Origin: a virus | Direction: 5' to 3' (one strand) | IMG/VR virus record: IMGVR_UViG_3300044608_002262 | Location: 2,801-66,800 of that record | Length of the DNA: 64,000 nucleotides | Shown: positions 39,065-47,398 of the stretch, piece after piece | How positions within the stretch are numbered: the stretch's first letter is position 1 | How the letters are laid out: every line of letters begins with the position of its first letter | Translations under genes and position numbers: made by a program | Notes under the pieces: generated by a model | Seen by the model: only the letters and a program-made list of their open reading frames with translations | The model's database searches: none | What the model was told of the DNA's origin: nothing

Positions 39065-39603
39065 AAGTATGCGCGGTTCCAAGCGCGCGAGTGCCGATTG
39101 TGGGCGGACGAGTGTTGATCGGGCGCTGTAATCCGGTCATCAACGGCGATTTTCGCGATCTCACGGGATTGGTTGCTCGGCCCGACGGATGGTATGGTGG
39201 AATGCCTGCTGGGTGGGTGGGGCGGGCGGGACAAATCTTTGCGGTGAAAACATTTGGCCAGACATTTTTTGCCAATTTGCACGTTCTTACGAGAGAGACC
39301 GGCGTGTTTTTTCGACAGGATGTTGGACGCAGTTGTTGCGGAAGAGTTTCTCTGCGGTTTTACGTGGACAATCCTTACAACAATGCCCTTTACGGAGACT
39401 ATAGCCTGACTTACCAAATCATTGCCGATGGCGCGGTGGCGGCGAGCGAGGTGGTAAGTGGCGGCAGAAATGCACCCCGCACGGTAACATTGCAGGCTCA
39501 GGTCAAGGCGGGAGCGCCAATCGCCATCGCTTTCTGCAAGGGCGCGCTCAACCACGCGATGGGGATCACCGACGTGTCGATGGTCGGGGTGGTGCGTGAT
39601 TGA
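39052..39603 (+). CDS. Carbohydrate-binding-like (NGDF) tail protein
   Basis: INGDF..W.G..P.GW; paralog of 41434-41955. Confidence 0.55.
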   Translation: MDAVKVCAVPSARVPIVGGRVLIGRCNPVINGDFRDLTGLVARPDGWYGGMPAGWVGRAGQIFAVKTFGQTFFANLHVLTRETGVFFRQDVGRSCCGRVSLRFYVDNPYNNALYGDYSLTYQIIADGAVAASEVVSGGRNAPRTVTLQAQVKAGAPIAIAFCKGALNHAMGITDVSMVGVVRD

Positions 39604-39621
39604 CACCTGCGGCAAGGGCAG

Positions 39622-39954
39622 ATGATAGCGAGAGACATCATAATTCCCCGCCGCAGTGATTTTGTGTTCGAGGCGCATTTCAAAACTGGATCCGCGCCGC
39701 TAAATGTGGGTGGGTGGAAGTTTTGGTTCACGGCCAAGAGATCGCTCGATGATCTGGATGAGGCGGCGATCTTTCAAAAGGTGGCGGCCCCATCCATGGG
39801 CACCAGTGTTTCGTTTCACATCAACGAGAACGATACGGCCGAGGCAGGAGAGTTCTTTTACGACTTCAAGGCGCTGAGCCCGGCTGGATATGGTGCGCCG
39901 CTGCAAGGCGGTGCCTTGAGTATCCCGCCCGTGGTGACATTGGCGGCAAGCTAA
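39622..39954 (+). CDS. BppU-like baseplate/fibre attachment domain protein
   Basis: PLNVGGW.FWFTAK, DT..AGEFFYD. Confidence 0.6.
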   Translation: MIARDIIIPRRSDFVFEAHFKTGSAPLNVGGWKFWFTAKRSLDDLDEAAIFQKVAAPSMGTSVSFHINENDTAEAGEFFYDFKALSPAGYGAPLQGGALSIPPVVTLAAS

Positions 39955-39958
39955 ATCC

Positions 39959-41437
39959 ATGACTTACCTGCGGGCAGACTTCGATTTTGCCGACCCATCA
40001 AACGCGATGTCGGCGCTACGTGCCGACTTCGACATTGATTCCTTGGTTCAAGTGGAATCGGCAAACTTTGTCGGGTCGTGGTTTGTCGCGCAATTTGGCT
40101 TTCCCATGGTGGGTCCAACCGGTCCAGCCGGAAACGCGTCTTCCCACACCCACCCCGCCAATCAAATTTCTGATTCGACGGGTTCGGGCCGAACACTGCT
40201 GACGTCCAATCTTGTCGGCGCGAGGGCGCACCTCAGTTTGTTTCCATCGTTTGCCGACAGGGCGGCTTTCCCCGCGACGGGTGATGTGGATCGCGTCTAT
40301 ACGGCTCTGGACACATCCAAGATCTATGTCTGGGTGCCGTCGTCATCTACCTATGTGGAGGTATCTCCGCAAGTCAAAGCCGACTGGAACGCAACGAGTG
40401 GCGATGCGGAGATCCTAAATAAACCCTCCTCGCTTCCGCCTTCTGCCCACAATCACGACGACCTCTATTTCAACGCCGCCGTTCCGTGGACTGCCAACCA
40501 CACCATTGCTGACGGAACCCGCTATCTCGCTGGAGATGTAGTGTATTCAGGTGGGAGGATTTATCGGGCAAAATACGACAACGAATCTATGCCTGTCACC
40601 GAGGCACTGTATTGGGAGGACTTAGGGCCGGGCAATCGGCTGAATATTGATGGACGGGACATTGCGAATATTCCGAACCACGACGACCGCTACTACACCG
40701 AGACCGAGACTGACACATTGCTTAACGGCAAAATATCGGTGCCGACAACAGTCGTATCAACATACAATAGTTCACAAACCGTCACCCTCACCGCTCGACG
40801 CCATGCTTACTATTTAGTAGAAGCGAATACTGGCGCGACAGTGCAACTGACGCTACCTCCCGCAAGTAGCGGCACCCTAGTTGGAGACATTGCGACATTT
40901 GCAAGGTTATCGGCCAGCCCATTTAACCAAGGGACCATTACAGTTGGCTCAACGATCATTGGACACGCCGAGCAAAGAACTTTTCGGTATACAGGCGATC
41001 CGGTCAATATGTGGAACCTCTTAGAGGTCGATACTCACACTCACCCATTCAGCAGTATATCAGACTTCCCTGTAGAATACGTTATTGCCTGCTCCAACGA
41101 AACCACGGCACTGACTTCTGGTGTCGCGAAGGTCACATTCCGTGCCCCTGTGGCGTTCCGTCTCACCTCAGTTGCCGCATCGGTTACTGTAGCTCCGACA
41201 GGATTACCTTTGGTTGTGGATATCAACAATGGGTCAAACTCAGTGCTTTCCAACATCGCCAAATTGTCTATCGACGCTACAGAAAAAACTAGCGCCACGG
41301 CAGCTACGGCGGCTGTGATTCTTGCGAACTTTCGGGATTTTACGCAGGACGCCGAAATCACCATCGACATCGACCAAGTAGGCTCCACGGTAGCTGGCGC
41401 TGGACTCAAAGTTATTCTCAGAGGGACAAGGCTGTGA
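39959..41437 (+). CDS. Tail fibre protein
   Basis: HTH motifs, FPATG..Y.A.DT, ADWNATSG..ILNKP, HDDRYYTETE, CBM5/12-like insert. Confidence 0.8.
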   Translation: MTYLRADFDFADPSNAMSALRADFDIDSLVQVESANFVGSWFVAQFGFPMVGPTGPAGNASSHTHPANQISDSTGSGRTLLTSNLVGARAHLSLFPSFADRAAFPATGDVDRVYTALDTSKIYVWVPSSSTYVEVSPQVKADWNATSGDAEILNKPSSLPPSAHNHDDLYFNAAVPWTANHTIADGTRYLAGDVVYSGGRIYRAKYDNESMPVTEALYWEDLGPGNRLNIDGRDIANIPNHDDRYYTETETDTLLNGKISVPTTVVSTYNSSQTVTLTARRHAYYLVEANTGATVQLTLPPASSGTLVGDIATFARLSASPFNQGTITVGSTIIGHAEQRTFRYTGDPVNMWNLLEVDTHTHPFSSISDFPVEYVIACSNETTALTSGVAKVTFRAPVAFRLTSVAASVTVAPTGLPLVVDINNGSNSVLSNIAKLSIDATEKTSATAATAAVILANFRDFTQDAEITIDIDQVGSTVAGAGLKVILRGTRL

Positions 41438-41955
41438 GTGCTTTTGTAATCAATCCGTATGCCTTCGCTGAAGAACGCGTCGTAAACGGTGACTTTTCTA
41501 ATGTCTCTGGAATGAATAATAATGCTACGAATTGGTGGGGCAGGGCGGTTCCTTTCGGCTGGGGCGCGTTCGTAAATGTGGCTACAAACGATTTCTTGGT
41601 GCGTTTGCTGAATGGCGTCTATTACGCAAATCTTCAGGGCCTTACACGTTCACCAGCAGAAGCAGGGGGGACATTGCCGTTTTTCCAAGATTTCACAATG
41701 CCTGCAACGCTTGATTTTGTTCTCACATTTAGCGCCTCAAACCCATTTAATGCAAACGCGTGGGCCATGGGTGCTAATGTCTTTAACAGAACTCTTGGGC
41801 AGCAAATTGCTGGTACGGGGACTGCAATCAACACACCACAGACCGTCACGCTTACAGCGTCCAACGTGCCTGCGGGTCATGTGGTTCGTATAAACTTTTG
41901 GAAAGCAGCGGCGGCTCAAAATCCTGCACTTTCTAATGTCAGCGTAATATTCTAG
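41434..41955 (+). CDS. Receptor-binding/carbohydrate-binding tail protein
   Basis: INPYAF N-terminus, NGDF domain, lower GC. Confidence 0.6.
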   Translation: MSAFVINPYAFAEERVVNGDFSNVSGMNNNATNWWGRAVPFGWGAFVNVATNDFLVRLLNGVYYANLQGLTRSPAEAGGTLPFFQDFTMPATLDFVLTFSASNPFNANAWAMGANVFNRTLGQQIAGTGTAINTPQTVTLTASNVPAGHVVRINFWKAAAAQNPALSNVSVIF

Positions 41956-41957
41956 GT

Positions 41958-42422
41958 ATGAAACTTCTCTACAATGCCCAAACAGAACAAGTCCTTCCGT
42001 GGCCGCGCATTGATGAGGAGCCGATTGTCGGTCTTGCTCCAGAGCTTTTGGAGATGACTGTGGTGGAAAGCGCACCGCCTGCTTACAACTCCGAAACCCA
42101 AGTGCTCACTCAATCGGATTCCGTCAATGTGGAAGCGCAGACTGTGACGCGCACTTGGACCGTCACGGATCTCACCTACACCGCCGAACAGTGGACCTCC
42201 CGATTCCTTACCAGCTTGCAAATCATCGGCCTTCAGCGACTTGAGATGGCGTTGGTGACGAGCGGCAAAATGCTGGGCCCGGCTATGACGGGTATGAAGA
42301 CATGGCTGGAGGGTATTCTTTTATCTTCGGCGGCTGATCCAACTCCCCGCAGCGATTGGCCCGAACCGCCCGTGAGTTACGAAGCCGCCTCCCAAGAAGC
42401 GGTTGCACTGCTCGCGCCGTGA
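41958..42422 (+). CDS. Tail fibre assembly-like protein
   Basis: PPAYNSETQVL..WTV motif; position. Confidence 0.6.
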   Translation: MKLLYNAQTEQVLPWPRIDEEPIVGLAPELLEMTVVESAPPAYNSETQVLTQSDSVNVEAQTVTRTWTVTDLTYTAEQWTSRFLTSLQIIGLQRLEMALVTSGKMLGPAMTGMKTWLEGILLSSAADPTPRSDWPEPPVSYEAASQEAVALLAP

Positions 42423-42455
42423 TCGCCTTACTGAATTGACACTGCGCGAGTGGGT

Positions 42456-42620
42456 ATGAACTACCTACTCGACCGGTTGCGTGAGGATTCGACATGGCGG
42501 GGCATTCTGATGCTCCTGACCGCCGCTGGCGTGAGTTTGGATCCTGCGCAGGCCAATGCGATCATTGCGTTGGGGCTGGCGCTCGTCGGCTTGATCAACG
42601 TGCTGCGCAGGCAGAAGTAA
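42456..42620 (+). CDS. Holin (54 aa, below ORF-track cutoff)
   Basis: MNYLLDRLREDSTWRGILMLLTAAGV..IIALGLALVGLINVLRRQK: two TM segments, ExSTWRG-like motif. Confidence 0.8.
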   Translation: MNYLLDRLREDSTWRGILMLLTAAGVSLDPAQANAIIALGLALVGLINVLRRQK

Positions 42621-42629
42621 GGCCGCTCT

Positions 42630-42770
42630 ATGCGTCTCATCGCGGCGGTTGTGGTTTTGTTTTCCCTCGCAGGGTGCGAGGGAATGAAGGTGGGCGGGGG
42701 CTATAAGTTCGATACGCGGGAGTTCTTTCTGCAAATCGAGCGGCCTCTGGAACCGGGTCTGAAGAAGTGA
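42630..42770 (+). CDS. 46-aa lipoprotein (spanin-like candidate)
   Basis: Signal peptide with LAGC lipobox between holin and endolysin. Confidence 0.7.
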   Translation: MRLIAAVVVLFSLAGCEGMKVGGGYKFDTREFFLQIERPLEPGLKK

Positions 42771-43453
42771 ACGTGCTCGCATGGTTGAGGAACTTATTCG
42801 CGGGCTGCGCGGTTGGCCCGAATCCGACCGGCGCGCTGTCGCTCTTGCCCTCGTCGAGCGTCTTAATCTCGGCCATTGTGCCGAAGTCTTTGCCGCTGCG
42901 CACCAGCGGATCCGCGCGGAAGCCGAGCGACGGAAATCGCATAGCGACGCTGCCACTGATCGCATTGGCCGAGGTGGGGAAAAAGGAAACCAAGGGCAAT
43001 AATCTCGGCGCGGAGGTGCGCAAATACCAAAGCGCGACAACGCTTCCGCCGGGTGCTTGGCCTTACTGCGCGGCATTCTGCTGCTGGGTGCTGGACCAGT
43101 GGCTCGATGATCCGGAGAACCGCAAGTGGCTGGCCTTGAAAAAGACTTCGCCGCAGGCATGGCGTCCGAAGACCGCCCTGGCCTATGGCTTTCTCAAATG
43201 GGCGAAGGCGCGGCCTGCCACGGTGCAGATCCTCCCGGACACGGCGGAGCCGGAGCCGGGTATGTTTGTCATATATGACTTTTCGCACATCGGCATCGTG
43301 AAGCGCAACATCGACGCCACGTTCTTCGAGGCGGTGGAGGGAAATACCAACTCTGCGGGGAGCCGCGATGGCGATGGCGTGTATGTCAAAAGGCGTCGCC
43401 GGAGCTTGGCCCGCGCGTTTCTGCGCGTCAGGCCAAGCGTGGCTTCGTGGTAA
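42767..43453 (+). CDS. Endolysin, CHAP domain
   Basis: PYCAAF (Cys), SHIGIV (His), VEGNT. Confidence 0.88.
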   Translation: MNVLAWLRNLFAGCAVGPNPTGALSLLPSSSVLISAIVPKSLPLRTSGSARKPSDGNRIATLPLIALAEVGKKETKGNNLGAEVRKYQSATTLPPGAWPYCAAFCCWVLDQWLDDPENRKWLALKKTSPQAWRPKTALAYGFLKWAKARPATVQILPDTAEPEPGMFVIYDFSHIGIVKRNIDATFFEAVEGNTNSAGSRDGDGVYVKRRRRSLARAFLRVRPSVASW

Positions 43454-43468
43454 AGGTAGGGAAAGTCC

Positions 43469-43651
43469 CTACTTGGATGAGGTGGGTTTCTTGGCCTTGA
43501 CGACAAGATCGGCCAAGAATTTGGAAACCCCGCCTTTGCTTTTCTCAGGGTAGTAGCCCCTGTCTGCCGCGAGGCTAACTGCAAGGGCGTCAACGTCTTC
43601 TCCCCATTGCACGGTTCGCCTTTTTGCGACGCGATTTTTGTGCTTCTTCAC
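43469..43651 (-). CDS. Ribbon-helix-helix-like repressor candidate
   Basis: RRTVQW..D..A...GGVSKFLADLV; start coincides with the predicted TSS. Confidence 0.6.
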   Translation of the reverse strand: MKKHKNRVAKRRTVQWGEDVDALAVSLAADRGYYPEKSKGGVSKFLADLVVKAKKPTSSK

Positions 43652-43657
43652 TCTGTA

Positions 43658-43721
43658 ATCATACGCATGGAACGCCTAGAGAGCAAATTTTCATTGTCGG
43701 CATGCGCTTCATGCGTATGAT
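43658..43721. promoter_or_regulatory. Divergent sigma70 promoters with a 12-bp inverted repeat
   Basis: ATCATACGCATG (43658-69) / CATGCGTATGAT (43710-21); TTGCTC-17-TATGAT (-) and TTGTCG-16-TATGAT (+). Confidence 0.65.
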
Positions 43722-43767
43722 GCGCCCCTTAAATACATCACCAACAACCTCCTGATATCATCGTGCT

Positions 43768-43962
43768 ATGCCAAAGCATTCTTTATCATCAAGTCGCAGG
43801 AACCGGACCATTCGTTGGTCATCGGAAATAGACAGCGCCGCCGTCGATCTGGTCTTCAGCCGTAAAATGCGCGGTGGGGTGAGCGAACTGCTCACGCGCC
43901 TCGTTATGGCCGAAGCAAAGCGCAAACGTGGAATCGCGCACCTACAACAAGCGCCGCAATGA
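43768..43962 (+). CDS. RHH-like Cro-analogue, paralog of 43469-43651
   Basis: RTIRW..D..A...GGVSELLTRLV. Confidence 0.6.
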   Translation: MPKHSLSSSRRNRTIRWSSEIDSAAVDLVFSRKMRGGVSELLTRLVMAEAKRKRGIAHLQQAPQ

Positions 43963-44282
43963 TCGCTTCTCCCTCCCCAGCGCAAATAAGCGGTGCGACC
44001 TACACGCAAACCGCCACCTACGAGCATTCGGTCATTGATCCCGATACGCTGCACTATCCGCGCCAGCTTTGCGCTGCCATCGGACTCGGCGTAAACCAAA
44101 TCAATGCCCTCAAGCGTCTTGGGTGCCCGTTCTTTGGTCGCAAGACGACGTTGCGCTGGGTGAGGGTGTTTCTGGCAGAGCGGGCGGGGGCAATACCGCT
44201 GGCAGACGCAACATCGCCGAGCGCATATCCTCCACTGACAGGCGGGAATAGATGCGGTGAACCAACTGAGAGCTATGATTGA
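43959..44282 (+). CDS. Excisionase-like small DNA-binding protein
   Basis: LHYPRQLCAAIGLG..GCPF winged-helix pattern next to the integrase. Confidence 0.55.
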   Translation: MIASPSPAQISGATYTQTATYEHSVIDPDTLHYPRQLCAAIGLGVNQINALKRLGCPFFGRKTTLRWVRVFLAERAGAIPLADATSPSAYPPLTGGNRCGEPTESYD

Positions 44283-45213
44283 CCAACCTCATCGCTTGCA
44301 TCTCGGAGAGGCCCGCGCGGTGGCATCGGCTGATGAAGCTGACGCGCAGGCTGTGGCTGGTCGCTCCGGTGGCTTGTTTCAGAATGATGTTGAAGCGGCG
44401 GTTGTCTTCGCGGGTCAGGGCCGGTGCGGTGCGCTTGGCTCCACTGGCGCGCAAGGCTTCCAACAAGGGCCGCAGGGCTGGCGGCAGCGGCACGGGGTAG
44501 AGTTTGCGCGGATCGGTGTCCTGCCGCTTGGCGTCACTCACGTAAAGAATGTCGCGCTCGAAGTCGATCTGGGTGAGGGGCATGGATGCCTCGGAAAAAC
44601 GGCATCCGGTAGCCATCATGATCTCGAACACATGGCGCATCCATGCGGGACGCTCGGCAAAGCCCGCGCGGCCAGCGGCGAGCAGATGGGTGGTGAGGTC
44701 GGGTTTCACTTTGACCGGAGCGAGGCGGATCTTGGCCAAGGCAATGACGTTGCGTTCGACATACTCTCGCCGCATGGCCTCGTTGAGCAGGAAGGCAAGG
44801 AACTTGGCCTCCATGCGCGCGGTATTTTGCCCGACCCCCTGCGCCTTGCGCCACTGCATGAACTCCTCGGCGTGCTCGTAGCGAACTTGGCGCGGGTGAG
44901 TCAGGCGCTTTTCGGTAAGGAAGGCGGCGAGGTTGGCCCACGCAATCTCGGCACGGCGGCGAGTCGAGGCCCGATCGTAGTGGTGGGCGAGGTAGTCAGG
45001 CACCCAGCGGGCGAAGTGGCCGGGGTCTTTGGCACGGAAAACCAGCTTTTGCTCCTCTTGGCTCGCCTTGTGGGCCAACCGGCGGGCGGCTTGGGTGTCG
45101 GCGGCAATGGCATGGCGCAGGCCGGTGGAGCTATCGCGCCAATCGCCGGTCTGCGGATCGCGGCGGCGCAGTATCCAATAAGGAGATTTTTTGGTTTTTT
45201 TAAGCGAGGCCAT
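44110..45213 (-). CDS. int: Tyrosine integrase
   Basis: TGCRFSE (R), HSLR (HxxR), VNH, IY catalytic residues. Confidence 0.9.
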   Translation of the reverse strand: MASLKKTKKSPYWILRRRDPQTGDWRDSSTGLRHAIAADTQAARRLAHKASQEEQKLVFRAKDPGHFARWVPDYLAHHYDRASTRRRAEIAWANLAAFLTEKRLTHPRQVRYEHAEEFMQWRKAQGVGQNTARMEAKFLAFLLNEAMRREYVERNVIALAKIRLAPVKVKPDLTTHLLAAGRAGFAERPAWMRHVFEIMMATGCRFSEASMPLTQIDFERDILYVSDAKRQDTDPRKLYPVPLPPALRPLLEALRASGAKRTAPALTREDNRRFNIILKQATGATSHSLRVSFISRCHRAGLSEMQAMRLVNHSSQLVHRIYSRLSVEDMRSAMLRLPAVLPPPALPETPSPSATSSCDQRTGTQDA

Positions 45214-45226
45214 TTAGCCAATCGGG

Positions 45227-45400
45227 CGGTTCCCCATGGTTCCCCATACAGAGGGGAGTTTGCCAAGGTTTCCCATGGAATAACGTGGACTAACAGCGTA
45301 AAGCGTTGGTTTCAAGAAGCTTACCATTACACCACGAGCCAATCTAAGTATCTAAGAAATCAAGCACTTACAAAGTGGTTCCCCATGGGTTCCCCATGGG
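45227..45400. mobile_element. attP-like site
   Basis: GGTTCCCCAT direct repeats at both flanks, IHF consensus AATCAAGCACTTA (45358-70), tRNA-like core 45321-45341. Confidence 0.65.
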
Positions 45401-45479
45401 ACGAGAGTTTTTGCAAGCGCGGCATGAAGTGGAGTGTCGTGCCTTGCGGGGGATTAAGCAAGGGGAAAGGAGCATTAGT

Positions 45480-45641
45480 ATGATCGGATTGGCTTTTGCC
45501 TATGGGCTGGTTTTTGGGGTGCTGACCGTGGGGGTAGCCGGGTGGCTAGTGGTGGATCGGTTGGCACGTGAACGCGATCGCTACCGCAAACTCTTCTACG
45601 AGGCTACGGGGGAGATCGGCAGAGCAAGGAGGAGGAAGTGA
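45480..45641 (+). CDS. Small membrane protein
   Basis: N-terminal TM helix; AAGGAG SD. Confidence 0.5.
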   Translation: MIGLAFAYGLVFGVLTVGVAGWLVVDRLARERDRYRKLFYEATGEIGRARRRK

Positions 45642-45901
45642 ATATGAAGGCGGGTGTGGAATCGGTGGTGCGCGATTTGCGCAAACGGGTGCTGGAGTTC
45701 GGGGCGAAGGAGGCGATCTTCGCGCGCGCTCGGCAGATGGCCAAGGCGGAGGGCATGGATTTCTATGCCGCGCTGGGCAAGATGGGGAAACACGGGGGCA
45801 AGAAGTCGGGCGCAATACGCCGGGCGCAGGCTCCGCAGGTGCTCACGCCGGAACAGCGGGCGAAGCAGGTGGCTGACATGGAGCGGCGTGGGCTATGGTA
45901 G
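45638..45901 (+). CDS. Small basic hypothetical protein
   Basis: GGAGG SD; GKMGKHGGKKSG motif. Confidence 0.6.
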   Translation: MNMKAGVESVVRDLRKRVLEFGAKEAIFARARQMAKAEGMDFYAALGKMGKHGGKKSGAIRRAQAPQVLTPEQRAKQVADMERRGLW

Positions 45902-46695
45902 ATCGCGCCCCCCAGAGCAAGGAGCGCGGGCACCGCTATTCGGAGGTGCTGCAATATGATGCTTTGGCGTCTTCGATGCAGGCCAAGGCGGATGCGGCTT
46001 TTGCTCTCTGGGTGGCGGATCTTCGTGGATCGGAGTTGTTGGAGGTGCTACGTGCGGCGGGGGTGGCTGAGTGTGAGATCGCTCAGTGGGGGTCTTTGTC
46101 GCCGGAGCGGCAGGTGAGGTTGTTGCGGGGGCAGTCGTTGGGCGGGGATGTGCATTGTGATGTGGGCCTTGACTCGGATGTGGCGCAGACGGCTTGGGTG
46201 GCGTCGGCGGATTTGAGCGATGGAATGGATGCTTGGGCGGATACTTTGATGGATGAGCTGGGGTTGACGGAGGAGCAGGCGCAGCTTGCGGCGCAGTGGG
46301 ATGAGGATCGCCGGGAGGCTGTGGTGCGGGAGCATGAGCAGCGCACGCTGGAGGCGGTGATGTGCAGACTGACGGCGGCGGCTTCTCCGCGTATCGCTGC
46401 GGTGGCGATGGCTTTTGCGCTTTCTGTGCCTTCGGTGCGGGTGGCGACTTGGGTGGAGGGTAAGCGGGTGTTGCGGGAGTGCAGAACGCAAATGCAGGCG
46501 GCGGCGGCGCTTTTGACCAGTAGGCAGAATCTCTCGAAGGAGGTGCGTAAGGCGCTGCGGTTTTTGGGGGCGAAGCAGAATATGCACTCGAAGAGGCCGC
46601 ATGAGGTGGAGAGTTTCCGTTCGGCGCAGAGGCGTAATCATTGGCGGCGGCGGGTGTTTGCTCGTGGCTGTGAGCATGGAAGGAGGGTGGCCTAA
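45895..46695 (+). CDS. Protein with C-terminal sigma70-region-4-like HTH
   Basis: TQMQAAAALLTSRQNLSKEVRKALRFL. Confidence 0.55.
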   Translation: MVDRAPQSKERGHRYSEVLQYDALASSMQAKADAAFALWVADLRGSELLEVLRAAGVAECEIAQWGSLSPERQVRLLRGQSLGGDVHCDVGLDSDVAQTAWVASADLSDGMDAWADTLMDELGLTEEQAQLAAQWDEDRREAVVREHEQRTLEAVMCRLTAAASPRIAAVAMAFALSVPSVRVATWVEGKRVLRECRTQMQAAAALLTSRQNLSKEVRKALRFLGAKQNMHSKRPHEVESFRSAQRRNHWRRRVFARGCEHGRRVA

Positions 46696-47045
46696 TGGAT
46701 GCGGGGATGGATTTCTCGGCGGTGGTGGAGGAGGCGCAGAAGGCTACGGGGCTCTCGCCGGGCTTGGCTCATGAGGTGGCGCAGCGCCATGTGGCGCGGG
46801 TGCAGGGTGTGTCGGAGCGATATAATGCGTGGCTCTTGGGCCGGTTGGTGATGTGGCTGACGGATGGGGAGCGGACGAAGCTATCGGTGGCGGCGCTTCC
46901 GCTGGCTCTGGGTATGGGGAGTTGGTGGCATGAGGGGCGCAAGATCACTTCGTTGGAGGAGCAGGCGGCGGCGTTGCGTATTTCGGTGGAGGATTTGCGC
47001 GCGGAGGTGGAGCGGGCGCGGGTGCAACTGAGGGGGGATTCATGA
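46695..47045 (+). CDS. Short paralog of the preceding sigma4-like protein
   Basis: SLEEQAAALRISVEDLRAEVERAR; shared W.EG[KR] and ALxxAL segments. Confidence 0.55.
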   Translation: MDAGMDFSAVVEEAQKATGLSPGLAHEVAQRHVARVQGVSERYNAWLLGRLVMWLTDGERTKLSVAALPLALGMGSWWHEGRKITSLEEQAAALRISVEDLRAEVERARVQLRGDS

Positions 47046-47398
47046 TGTTGGAGGATTTTCCTTTTGAGTTGGCGTCGTTTGTTCGCCCGACTGATCCGGC
47101 TACGTCGCACGCGGCGGCGGCTTCGCGCAAAAATAAGATCCGGTGGGGGTCGCAGCGGTATCTTTTGCTCAATGAGTATGTGAAGGGGAATCTGACGGAT
47201 GAGGAGGCGGGGAAGGCTTCCGGTCTGTATGAGCAGCGTGCGTGCTTTTGGAAGCGTTGCGGTGAGTTGCGGGATCTGGGGCTGATCTGTGATTCGGGTA
47301 TGACGCGGACGAGTGACAGTGGCAATGAGGTGATGGTGTGTTCGATCACGTATCGCGGGCTTTCGGTGTTGGAGGCCGTGGAGGCGGAGAGGGTATGA
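47042..47398 (+). CDS. Winged-helix DNA-binding protein
   Basis: RPTDPATSHAAA, LTDEE, KRCGELRDLGLI. Confidence 0.75.
   Translation: MMLEDFPFELASFVRPTDPATSHAAAASRKNKIRWGSQRYLLLNEYVKGNLTDEEAGKASGLYEQRACFWKRCGELRDLGLICDSGMTRTSDSGNEVMVCSITYRGLSVLEAVEAERV

Noticed and set aside
45321-45341. Complete tRNA gene
   Set aside because: Only a 5' fragment; no anticodon or T-arm follows
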